64,000 bases of DNA from Flavobacteriales bacterium (GTDB lineage: Bacteria > Bacteroidota > Bacteroidia > Flavobacteriales_D > CAJJDF01): positions 11,745 through 75,744 of the forward strand of contig CBFHHA010000006.1 of assembly GCA_965655625.1 (NCBI GenBank), given 5' to 3'. The first letter of the stretch is position 1. Each line of letters opens with the position of its first letter. The translations under genes were made by a program, and so were the position numbers. The notes beneath the pieces are model-generated. The model worked only from the letters and a program-made list of their open reading frames with translations, was not told where the DNA came from and ran no database searches. Below are positions 50,419-58,885 of the stretch, in pieces.

Positions 50419-51213
50419 ATGAAAAACTTACTTACCACCTGCCTAGCTATCCTTCTGTTGTTTGCTTGCAAAAAAGAACCCAAAGAAGAACCAAACCCGT
50501 GTTGCGGAGAAACTCCCGTAAAAGCCGATTTTGGCATGATGAATGGAACTTCTTTAACCCTGCGTTTTGTCGGATTTTATCCCGATGTAGCCTTTGCAAG
50601 AGAATTCATTACGTTCAAGGCAATTCCCGAAGACCCCGAAGCTACCTACACCTGGTACCTGGGAAGCGAAGTGATAACAGGCTCAACCTTTCAACGAGAT
50701 TTTAGTCCCACCAAAACAACGGGCGAAAACAACATTCCTATTACTATGGTGATAAGAAAAACACCCAACAAAGAGTGCTTTCCCAATGACGAGGGTTATG
50801 ATTCCATTACCAAAACCATCACCCTAGTAGATGATTATTGTGACTATTTAACCAATGGAGATTTTAAAGTGCTTTTTACTGGTGCAGCCGATAGTTCAAT
50901 CGTTCGTGTGAGGAATTGGGATGTAATGTACCCGGAATATTTTACAATTAACTGCGTCCAAAGACGACCAACACCTGTTGGATTTGATGGGGCTAATAAA
51001 ACTGACACTATTTGGAGTAGTAATGGTTCAGATGGTGCTGAACAGTTCTATTCTCGAATGATTTTCCCTCAGCGCTCTTCTACAATTGATGCCATTTTCA
51101 ATGGAAGTTTTACCGTAAATCCAAATAATTATGATGTTTCTGCTCACTACCAAATTTTTAGAAGGGATGGAACTCATGATGCTTATAAATTCAAAGGAAG
51201 AAAAATAAATTAA
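50419..51213 (+). CDS. Lipoprotein with PKD-like domain
   Basis: Lipobox LFAC followed by KKEPKEE; VKADF...ITFKA....TYTWYLG. Confidence 0.78.
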   Translation: MKNLLTTCLAILLLFACKKEPKEEPNPCCGETPVKADFGMMNGTSLTLRFVGFYPDVAFAREFITFKAIPEDPEATYTWYLGSEVITGSTFQRDFSPTKTTGENNIPITMVIRKTPNKECFPNDEGYDSITKTITLVDDYCDYLTNGDFKVLFTGAADSSIVRVRNWDVMYPEYFTINCVQRRPTPVGFDGANKTDTIWSSNGSDGAEQFYSRMIFPQRSSTIDAIFNGSFTVNPNNYDVSAHYQIFRRDGTHDAYKFKGRKIN

Positions 51214-51220
51214 TAAGACT

Positions 51221-53896
51221 ATGAGAAAATTTATATTCACACTAATTACATTCTTGATATCCAATTTGGCAATCTCTCAAAACTGCCAAGATTGTTTTCA
51301 AGATAAAAATATCAGTACAAATCCTGAAAATCCTGAAAACTGTGAAATGGATTTATATGCCAATGGGAAAAATAATCAATTTTTAAATTCATTTGATTGG
51401 GGCAGTAATAACGGCAGTATATTTCTATCCTATGATTTAAACCCTAATTCTCCTTGGCAAGTTCCATACTCTACTGCTCCCTCAGGATACTTTATGCAAT
51501 CTCCTTTCAGGCAAGGTTTTTTAGACCTAAATAATAATTCGCCAATATCGATACCTCTTAAAGATTACGATTTTCAATGGGAAGATGGATGGGAATTAAT
51601 GTTTATGAATACAGGATATTGGCCTGATGGTAGCTCTTATGAGGTAGCTGATCCTGCCAATATGTTTGCGAATCCTGAACAAATACCTCATAGACGAATT
51701 CCCTATGTAATTCTCTACAACAGATATACAGGTAAAATTCGATTTCTACTTGGAGTCTATGCTAATTTCGAAGATTTTACTGATATATCATTAAATGTGG
51801 GTTACTTAAGTGGAACATTGGGTAGCGGGATTTTTCGCCATGGCAATACCTTAGATAGAGCACTTGACCAAGAAACGACAACTCCCTCCTACAACACACA
51901 CTTTACAGCACCAGGCAATATTGATTTATGGTTAATGGCTGATGCGCAACTTGCCTATGATCCATGCGTATGTGAAGTCCAAACAGCTTTCGATATCCAA
52001 CTCCATGGTATTACAGAATCTAAATTAGATTTGTTAGCAAGAGGTATTTCTATTAATCGCCCTTTGCAAGTTGGCGGGCAACCCACTTATACCGATTATT
52101 TAAACATCAGTGCCGATAATCTAAAAACCAATGCCAATGGTGCTTTAATTTATAAAACGTTGGATGGAATGATAGATGAATACAACAAGAATCTGGACAT
52201 TTATCACAACCAACTGAATGACTACAATACATTGGGGGCTCAACTTCATCGAAATCTTTACGACTTAACCAAGCAAGGGCTGAATACTGGTTTTCAATCT
52301 GTTATCCCTGCCTCGGTGTATCATCACCTAGGAGGAAATGTAGCCGGTATTGTCGGTTCCTTCAAGGGTGGGAATGGAACGAAAGCAGATTCAGCCAAAT
52401 ACTCCAAACAATTAAGCAAACAACGAAAGGCAGCCTTAGGTAATTTATCTGACCAATTATTCGTTTCCTTAATTCAAAAACCAACCAAACCCACTAAACC
52501 CACAATGCCAGTAGCCTCTTTTAGCGAAATGCGGATTTCAGGATTATTGACGAAGTCAAATTCGATTACTCTGGGCAACTATCCTACTCCTGGTAATTTA
52601 AAAGCCAATAACGGCCCTTTTGATCCAACTCGCTATCCCATTTACAACAAACCAGTGGGGTTGTTTGCTTTGTTGGAAACTCCTAGTTTGGTGGGTTGGC
52701 AGTCTTTGGAGGACAAAAATTATTGGGAGAGAAATCATTACCATCCATTTTTTAAGTCACACCTATGGTATAAAAAAGGCTTGAAAACAAGTTTTAAACT
52801 AAAATCATCACTCCAGTATAAATTCAATGACAATGTCGACATCGACAAAGAGCAAACTGAAATTTATGGACAGTATAGAATCGAGATTTCCAAAAATTTC
52901 AATCATCCATCAAGTTCCAAAAACCTACAATTATTGGAAGATAACAACCTCATTATTTTGCACGAATTTGATGATAAAATTATTCTTCAGAGCGATTGGT
53001 ATCCCATAGAAATTTTAGGTGAGATTGTGGCTTCAACGAGCATGATTTTCGATCACGGTTGGATTAATAAAAACAAAAAGAATTATGAGCCAATCCTAGA
53101 AAAAGTACAACTCACTTTAATGGCAGATATTTATTTCGAATCTCTCGGTTCAGACGGAAGAGAAAAAAACACGACCCAAGTGTTTACTTATGAATTGTAC
53201 AACAGGGAAAAGGAAGTCGATTTAATTGCCGAAAAAGGTAGTTGGGAATCAGATAAAAGAGAGGTTCAAAAATTCACACCAGGCACCATCGAAATAAAAG
53301 ACGAAGTAATTAAACCATCTTCTGACTTTGTATGGGATGTAGTGGGCAATGAAATTCACATAAAAGCTGAGTATGTAAACCTACAAGGCAAAGTAGGAGT
53401 GCAACCTGGGTACAAGGCAATCATTGAGGCATTTTGGGAAATAGAGGTGGATCCTACCTTAGAGTTGGACAGGATTCAGCTCGAGGTAAAAAAAGATTTT
53501 TATGGATTCCCCGAACCAAGTGAGGTTACCCTCGATGAGCTAAAAGAATTCTGTGGCAATGACCAGAAATACAAAGCCAAGATAGTAAAAGAAGGCATCA
53601 TAAATCCGAATACGGTGGAGGAAAAGAACGATACTGTGGAAGAAGACTTGAAAGAAATGAAGTTTATCTTGTTTCCCAATCCAACTTCGGAATTTATCAC
53701 GATTGACATACAAGGTGTTTCGGAGGGCGAAAATGGGACAGTCCGAATTTTTGATTTAAGTGGAAAAGAAGTTTTGTCTAAAAACATACATTCCATTCGT
53801 TTTTCGGTTGATGTAACCACCCTAAGTAAAGGAGTCTATTTTATAGAGATAGGTACTAAGGAACAAAAAAAGGTAAAACGATTTATTAAAATATAG
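51221..53896 (+). CDS. T9SS type A CTD protein of unknown function
   Basis: Signal peptide; C-terminal LFPNPTS...IFDLSGK...LSKGVYFI...KRFIKI; no recognisable catalytic domain. Confidence 0.85.
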   Translation: MRKFIFTLITFLISNLAISQNCQDCFQDKNISTNPENPENCEMDLYANGKNNQFLNSFDWGSNNGSIFLSYDLNPNSPWQVPYSTAPSGYFMQSPFRQGFLDLNNNSPISIPLKDYDFQWEDGWELMFMNTGYWPDGSSYEVADPANMFANPEQIPHRRIPYVILYNRYTGKIRFLLGVYANFEDFTDISLNVGYLSGTLGSGIFRHGNTLDRALDQETTTPSYNTHFTAPGNIDLWLMADAQLAYDPCVCEVQTAFDIQLHGITESKLDLLARGISINRPLQVGGQPTYTDYLNISADNLKTNANGALIYKTLDGMIDEYNKNLDIYHNQLNDYNTLGAQLHRNLYDLTKQGLNTGFQSVIPASVYHHLGGNVAGIVGSFKGGNGTKADSAKYSKQLSKQRKAALGNLSDQLFVSLIQKPTKPTKPTMPVASFSEMRISGLLTKSNSITLGNYPTPGNLKANNGPFDPTRYPIYNKPVGLFALLETPSLVGWQSLEDKNYWERNHYHPFFKSHLWYKKGLKTSFKLKSSLQYKFNDNVDIDKEQTEIYGQYRIEISKNFNHPSSSKNLQLLEDNNLIILHEFDDKIILQSDWYPIEILGEIVASTSMIFDHGWINKNKKNYEPILEKVQLTLMADIYFESLGSDGREKNTTQVFTYELYNREKEVDLIAEKGSWESDKREVQKFTPGTIEIKDEVIKPSSDFVWDVVGNEIHIKAEYVNLQGKVGVQPGYKAIIEAFWEIEVDPTLELDRIQLEVKKDFYGFPEPSEVTLDELKEFCGNDQKYKAKIVKEGIINPNTVEEKNDTVEEDLKEMKFILFPNPTSEFITIDIQGVSEGENGTVRIFDLSGKEVLSKNIHSIRFSVDVTTLSKGVYFIEIGTKEQKKVKRFIKI

Positions 53897-53954
53897 AACG
53901 AAATCAGTCCGTTTTAATTCATTCATTTACCCATTTAATTTATTGAAAAAGCCA

Positions 53955-53962
53955 TATCTTTG
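53955..53962 (+). promoter_or_regulatory. -7 element (TATCTTTG) of dxr-rseP
   Basis: Exact TAnnTTTG 18 nt upstream of ATG 53981. Confidence 0.6.
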
Positions 53963-53980
53963 ACACTCATCAAGCAAATT

Positions 53981-55135
53981 ATGAGTAAAAAAGGTATCGC
54001 AATATTAGGTTCTACGGGTTCAATAGGCACTCAAGCCCTAGAGGTAATTGAACAGTTTCCCGAAAAATTTGAATTGGTGGTCCTTACGGCCAACCTAAAT
54101 GCCGATTTGTTAATCGAACAGGCACTTAAATTCAAGCCAAATACGGTCGTAATTGTAGATGAAACACAGTACCAGAAAGTGAAAGATGTTCTGTGGGAAC
54201 ACGACATAAAAGTATATGCTGGCGAAGAGTCATTGAATCAAGTGGTAGAAATGAACGAGGTAGAAACTGTACTTACGGCAACAGTTGGATATTCTGGATT
54301 ACTGCCTACCATTCATGCGATTAACGCAGGAAAAAATATTGCTTTAGCCAATAAAGAAACACTCGTAGTAGCAGGAGACATCATCACCAAACTTGCCCAA
54401 CAAAAAGGAGTGAACATTTACCCAGTCGATTCGGAACATTCAGCAATTTTTCAGTGCTTGGCAGGAAACTTTGAGAATAAAATCGAAAAACTTATTCTGA
54501 CTGCATCTGGAGGACCATTTAGAGGAAAAACATACGAGGAACTAAAATCAGTGACAAGAGAACAGGCACTGAAACATCCCAACTGGGAAATGGGCGCAAA
54601 AATCACGATTGATTCGGCTTCATTGATGAATAAAGGCTTGGAGGTAATTGAAGCCAAGTGGCTGTTTGGCATTCCTGCCGAAAAAATTGAGGTGGTCGTG
54701 CATCCACAATCCATCATTCACTCCGCGGTGCAATTTGAAGACAGCAGTATTTTAGCTCAAATGGGAATTCCAAGCATGAAAGTGCCTATTCAATACGCTT
54801 TGACTTATCCAGAGAGGCCAAAATCAAATTTTGAGCGGTTTAGTTTTTTCGATTATCCAAATCTTACTTTTGAAAAACCAGACATGGAAACTTTTAAAAA
54901 CCTGAAACTAGCGTTTGATGTAATTGACAAAGGTGGAAACTCTGCTTGTGTTCTTAACGCTGCTAATGAAATTACGAACAAGGCGTTTTTAGATGGCAGA
55001 ATCTCGTTTTTGGACATTGGGGATATTAATGAAAAAACGATAGAAAGCACTACTTTCATTTCCCAACCAACACTAGAAGATTACATTGCAACCAATACTG
55101 AGGCAAGAAGAATTGCCGAAGAATTTTGCCATTAA
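53981..55135 (+). CDS. dxr: 1-deoxy-D-xylulose 5-phosphate reductoisomerase
   Basis: LGSTGSIG, LANKETLV, PVDSEH, LTASGGPF, HPNWEMGAKITIDSA; start reassigned to ATG 53981. Confidence 0.97.
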   Translation: MSKKGIAILGSTGSIGTQALEVIEQFPEKFELVVLTANLNADLLIEQALKFKPNTVVIVDETQYQKVKDVLWEHDIKVYAGEESLNQVVEMNEVETVLTATVGYSGLLPTIHAINAGKNIALANKETLVVAGDIITKLAQQKGVNIYPVDSEHSAIFQCLAGNFENKIEKLILTASGGPFRGKTYEELKSVTREQALKHPNWEMGAKITIDSASLMNKGLEVIEAKWLFGIPAEKIEVVVHPQSIIHSAVQFEDSSILAQMGIPSMKVPIQYALTYPERPKSNFERFSFFDYPNLTFEKPDMETFKNLKLAFDVIDKGGNSACVLNAANEITNKAFLDGRISFLDIGDINEKTIESTTFISQPTLEDYIATNTEARRIAEEFCH

Positions 55136-55158
55136 CATTTTTAACACTTTAACGTTTC

Positions 55159-56499
55159 ATGGAAACTATTTCAGTTATATTTCAATTATTGCTTTCTCTC
55201 TCTATTTTAGTCGTTTTACACGAATTGGGACACTTTATTCCTGCAAGATTATTCAAAATAAGGGTAGAGAAATTTTATCTTTTCTTTAATCCTTGGTTCT
55301 CTTTATTTAAATACAAAAAGGGGGATACAGAATACGGAATTGGTTGGTTACCACTTGGTGGATTTGTAAAAATCGCTGGAATGATAGACGAATCAATGGA
55401 TACAGACCAAATGAAACAACCTCCAAAACCGGATGAGTTTCGGTCCAAACCAGCTTGGCAAAGGCTCATTGTAATGATTGGCGGAGTAGTTGTCAATGTT
55501 CTTTTGGCCTTCTTCTTATACGCTATGATTGCTTTTGTTTGGGGAAAAGATTATGTGAAAAATGAAGACCATATCCACGGAATAGAAGTGCTTACGCCAA
55601 ACTTGATTGGAGAAAACCTTTTTCAAAATGGGGATAAAATTATTTCCGTTGAGGGCGAACCGCTAGAAGAGCTGATGCAAGCCAACAACAAGATGCTCAT
55701 CAATCAAGCGAAACAATATAAAGTAGAACGAAATGGCGAAATAATTGATATCACCATTAAGGACGAAGGGGTGGATTACATGTTGAAAAAGGAAAGCATT
55801 GTATTTATTCCTCGTGTACCTACCCAAATAGATTCTGTTTTGCCGAATGGAATAGGAAAAGACTTGGGGCTAAAGAAAGGCGACAAAATACTCACTATCA
55901 ACGACAAAGATGTCGCTATGTTTGATCAGTTTAGAAATAAATTAGCTGAGTTTAAATCAGCCAAGGTTGATTCCTTTGAATTGGTTGTGAATAGAGACGG
56001 ACAAGAACTGGTATTCGCCTCAGTTTTTGATACTACCTACAAACTTGGGTTTCTCAACGTATTTTTTTTAACTCATGATTTCAAAAAAACTCATGTAGAT
56101 TATTCGTTCGCAGAGTCCATACCCGAGGGGATATATCTGGCTAAAAACACGTTGGCCGATTACGTAAATCAGTTCAAACTAATTTTTACGAAAAAAGAAG
56201 CAGTGAAAAAGGTAGGAGGATTTGGAACGATTGCCAAAATATTCCCCAAAACTTGGGATTGGAAAATATTTTGGTCTCGAACAGCTTTTTTATCAGTGGT
56301 TTTAGCTTTCATGAATATATTGCCAATTCCGGCACTCGATGGAGGGCACGTCATGTTCTTGCTCTACGAAATGGTATCTGGCAGGCCACCAAGCGACAAA
56401 TTTCTGGAAAAAGCCCAAATGTTCGGGTTCTTTATTTTGTTATTCGTCATGCTTTACGCAAATGGGAATGACTTTTACCGTTGGTTTACAGGTCAATAA
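55159..56499 (+). CDS. rseP: RIP metalloprotease RseP
   Basis: HELGH, PDZ domains, NILPIPALDGG; follows dxr. Confidence 0.95.
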   Translation: METISVIFQLLLSLSILVVLHELGHFIPARLFKIRVEKFYLFFNPWFSLFKYKKGDTEYGIGWLPLGGFVKIAGMIDESMDTDQMKQPPKPDEFRSKPAWQRLIVMIGGVVVNVLLAFFLYAMIAFVWGKDYVKNEDHIHGIEVLTPNLIGENLFQNGDKIISVEGEPLEELMQANNKMLINQAKQYKVERNGEIIDITIKDEGVDYMLKKESIVFIPRVPTQIDSVLPNGIGKDLGLKKGDKILTINDKDVAMFDQFRNKLAEFKSAKVDSFELVVNRDGQELVFASVFDTTYKLGFLNVFFLTHDFKKTHVDYSFAESIPEGIYLAKNTLADYVNQFKLIFTKKEAVKKVGGFGTIAKIFPKTWDWKIFWSRTAFLSVVLAFMNILPIPALDGGHVMFLLYEMVSGRPPSDKFLEKAQMFGFFILLFVMLYANGNDFYRWFTGQ

Positions 56500-56501
56500 T
56501 A

Positions 56502-56666
56502 ATGTATTACACGATAGTAGGAATAGTAGTAGTGATTGTAGCTTTTTTTATGGCTGCTACACAAAAAGCACGCGGTTACAATTTTTGGCGATACTTTGTC
56601 GTTTCTATCGTGGTCATAGCCGGAATATATATGATGATAGAAAACCTCATCAACAAACCGAGATAA
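56502..56666 (+). CDS. Small two-TM membrane protein (54 aa)
   Basis: MYYTIVGIVVVIVAFFMAATQKARGYNFWRYFVVSIVVIAGIYMM...; ATG 2 nt after the rseP stop. Confidence 0.6.
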   Translation: MYYTIVGIVVVIVAFFMAATQKARGYNFWRYFVVSIVVIAGIYMMIENLINKPR

Positions 56667-56734
56667 GTGTAACCAAAAACTACTAAGAGTTATTTTTATT
56701 TTCTATATTTCGATGACAGAATAAAGCCCCTCAT

Positions 56735-58279
56735 TTGAAGTCAAAAAAATTATACTCCACCAAACAAGTCTGGAAAACCATCCTTTCCATTTTGGCACTA
56801 ATCATAATTGGATTATCGCTCTGGTACACCAATTACTTGGCCAAAAAAATCCAAAACGAAGAACGATTAAGAGTGAAATTATGGAGTGAAACAGTAAAAA
56901 AACAAGCTCAACTTATCACTTTAACTAACCAAACTTTTGATCAGCTCAGGGCAGAAGAAAGTGGCAACATACAAGATTGGGCATTTGCTTTGAAAGAATC
57001 GAGCAGAGAACAGAACGATTACACGTTTATCTATTCCTTCCTGTCCAAGACAAACAACATTCCCAAGATTCTTGAGTACGTAGATTTAAAGTCTGGAAAC
57101 CGGGAAGTTACCTTCTCGGGCAATGACATTCCGTTTTCGATTGAGGAATTTGAATCAAAAAAAGAGTTCAATGATTCCGTAAGGATATTCGTTCAATCGT
57201 GGGATTCACTGAATCCGCCAATTAAAATCCCAAATACGGTCTTTCAATTTCAAATGCTTCATTACGGCAATTCCAAACTTTTTGAAGAATTAAAAACGAA
57301 ACAAAAATCGCTTATTTCTTCTTTCGAGAATGAATTGATTGCAAACTCCTCGTCTATTCCCATTTTGTACGTGGATTCTGCAACGAATGAAATCAGAAGA
57401 ACGATCAACATTGAAGAAGAAAAAATCATAGATTCTGCCTCGATAGCTGCTACTATTTCGCAATTAAAATCTGAGAATCCAAGAATAGAAGTTTCTTTTG
57501 GCGGAGAAAACAAAGGCTACATTTACTATGCAGAATCTACCTTACTCAAACAATTGCGGTTTTACCCTTGGGTGCAATTAGTCATTATCCTATTGTTTTT
57601 AATGGTATCCTATTTCTTATTTAGCACATTCCGAAAAGCTGAACAAAACCAAGTGTGGGCCGGAATGGCCAAAGAAACTGCCCATCAATTAGGCACACCA
57701 CTTTCCTCTCTTATGGCTTGGCTTGAAATAATAAAAGCCGATGGAGTTCCTGAATCTTCAATCAAAGAAATGAACAAAGATATTAACCGGCTCAACACCA
57801 TTACCGATAGGTTTTCGAAGATTGGCTCTGAGGTACGAACAACGGAAGAAAACATTTTCTCTGAGGTTGATAAATCACTTGATTACCTCAGAAGTAGAGT
57901 TTCCAAACAAGTGGACTTGAGTGTAGTTGGCTCGCGAAATGCCATTGCTTACATCAACGCTTCGTTGTTTGAATGGGTAATCGAAAATATAACAAAAAAT
58001 GCCATTGATGCGATTCAAGGGAAAAAAGGAAGCATCAAGTTCGAAATCTCCGAAAATGACAAGAAAGTCATTCTAGACATTACTGATACAGGAAAAGGAA
58101 TTCCTTCTTCTAATTTCAAATCAATCTTCAATCCAGGATTCTCGACCAAAGAAAGAGGCTGGGGATTGGGATTGAGTCTTGTGAAACGCATTGTAGAAGA
58201 GCAATTGAAAGGAAAAATCTTTGTGCTAACTTCTAAAATTGATCAAGGAACTACGTTTAGGATTACGTTGAAGAAATAA
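56735..58279 (+). CDS. Membrane-bound sensor histidine kinase (no adjacent response regulator)
   Basis: Two TM helices, ETAHQLGTPLSSL H-box, NITKNAIDA, DTGKGI, GWGLGL. Confidence 0.92.
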   Translation: MKSKKLYSTKQVWKTILSILALIIIGLSLWYTNYLAKKIQNEERLRVKLWSETVKKQAQLITLTNQTFDQLRAEESGNIQDWAFALKESSREQNDYTFIYSFLSKTNNIPKILEYVDLKSGNREVTFSGNDIPFSIEEFESKKEFNDSVRIFVQSWDSLNPPIKIPNTVFQFQMLHYGNSKLFEELKTKQKSLISSFENELIANSSSIPILYVDSATNEIRRTINIEEEKIIDSASIAATISQLKSENPRIEVSFGGENKGYIYYAESTLLKQLRFYPWVQLVIILLFLMVSYFLFSTFRKAEQNQVWAGMAKETAHQLGTPLSSLMAWLEIIKADGVPESSIKEMNKDINRLNTITDRFSKIGSEVRTTEENIFSEVDKSLDYLRSRVSKQVDLSVVGSRNAIAYINASLFEWVIENITKNAIDAIQGKKGSIKFEISENDKKVILDITDTGKGIPSSNFKSIFNPGFSTKERGWGLGLSLVKRIVEEQLKGKIFVLTSKIDQGTTFRITLKK

Positions 58280-58302
58280 GTTTTAGTTCATTCAAAACTC
58301 AA

Positions 58303-58381
58303 TGTCATCTCCGTAAAAACGGACATCTTATTCATCCGCCATGATTCTCGTTTTAAGATTCCCACTTTGGTGAGAATGACA
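58303..58381. repeat. REP-like palindromic element (TGTCAT...ATGACA)
   Basis: Terminal IR TGTCAT/ATGACA, inner ATCTTA/TAAGAT, and a small hairpin in each arm. Confidence 0.6.
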
Positions 58382-58423
58382 AATGAAAAGATTAAATATC
58401 TTTGTCAAAATAAATACATTAAA

Positions 58424-58885
58424 ATGCCAACCTACAGAGCTTTATCCTTAAAAGAACTAGAATTATTCGAACAAGAATTCAAAGAATTCCTTGCCGTAAA
58501 TGGTATTGATGCCGATTTGTGGAAAAAAATCAAAGAGTCGGACGAAGACAAAGTCAACAAGATTATTGATACATTCAGTGATGTAATTTACAATTCGGTA
58601 TTGCATAAAATGGAATACATTCAGTATGCCACTTTGCATGACATAAAATACTTTTATTATGGCAAAGAAAAAGCAGAACTCATTGGTTTACAAAGTAATG
58701 AAATCACATTTGACGACCCAAAAAGAGTAGCCAAAGCGATAGAAGAAGGAAAAGTTTCTATCAAGTCGTACAAAACCACAAAAGAGTATTCACAAAAAAG
58801 AGAAATCGAACTATTTTACATGCTAAAAAACGGATGTCAACCATGTGATGGAAACATGTTTAAACTACTCGCCAGTGTTGTTTAG
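58424..58885 (+). CDS. Conserved Bacteroidota protein (DUF6495-like)
   Basis: YRALS..EL...EF.EFLA.NGI....W motif; start reassigned to ATG 58424 behind TATCTTTG at 58397-58404. Confidence 0.75.
   Translation: MPTYRALSLKELELFEQEFKEFLAVNGIDADLWKKIKESDEDKVNKIIDTFSDVIYNSVLHKMEYIQYATLHDIKYFYYGKEKAELIGLQSNEITFDDPKRVAKAIEEGKVSIKSYKTTKEYSQKREIELFYMLKNGCQPCDGNMFKLLASVV

Noticed and set aside
49369-53936. CATTT(A)CCCATTT similarity on both sides of the three-gene cassette as target-site repeats
   Set aside because: Short, imperfect and low-complexity in an AT-rich genome, and there is no mobility gene
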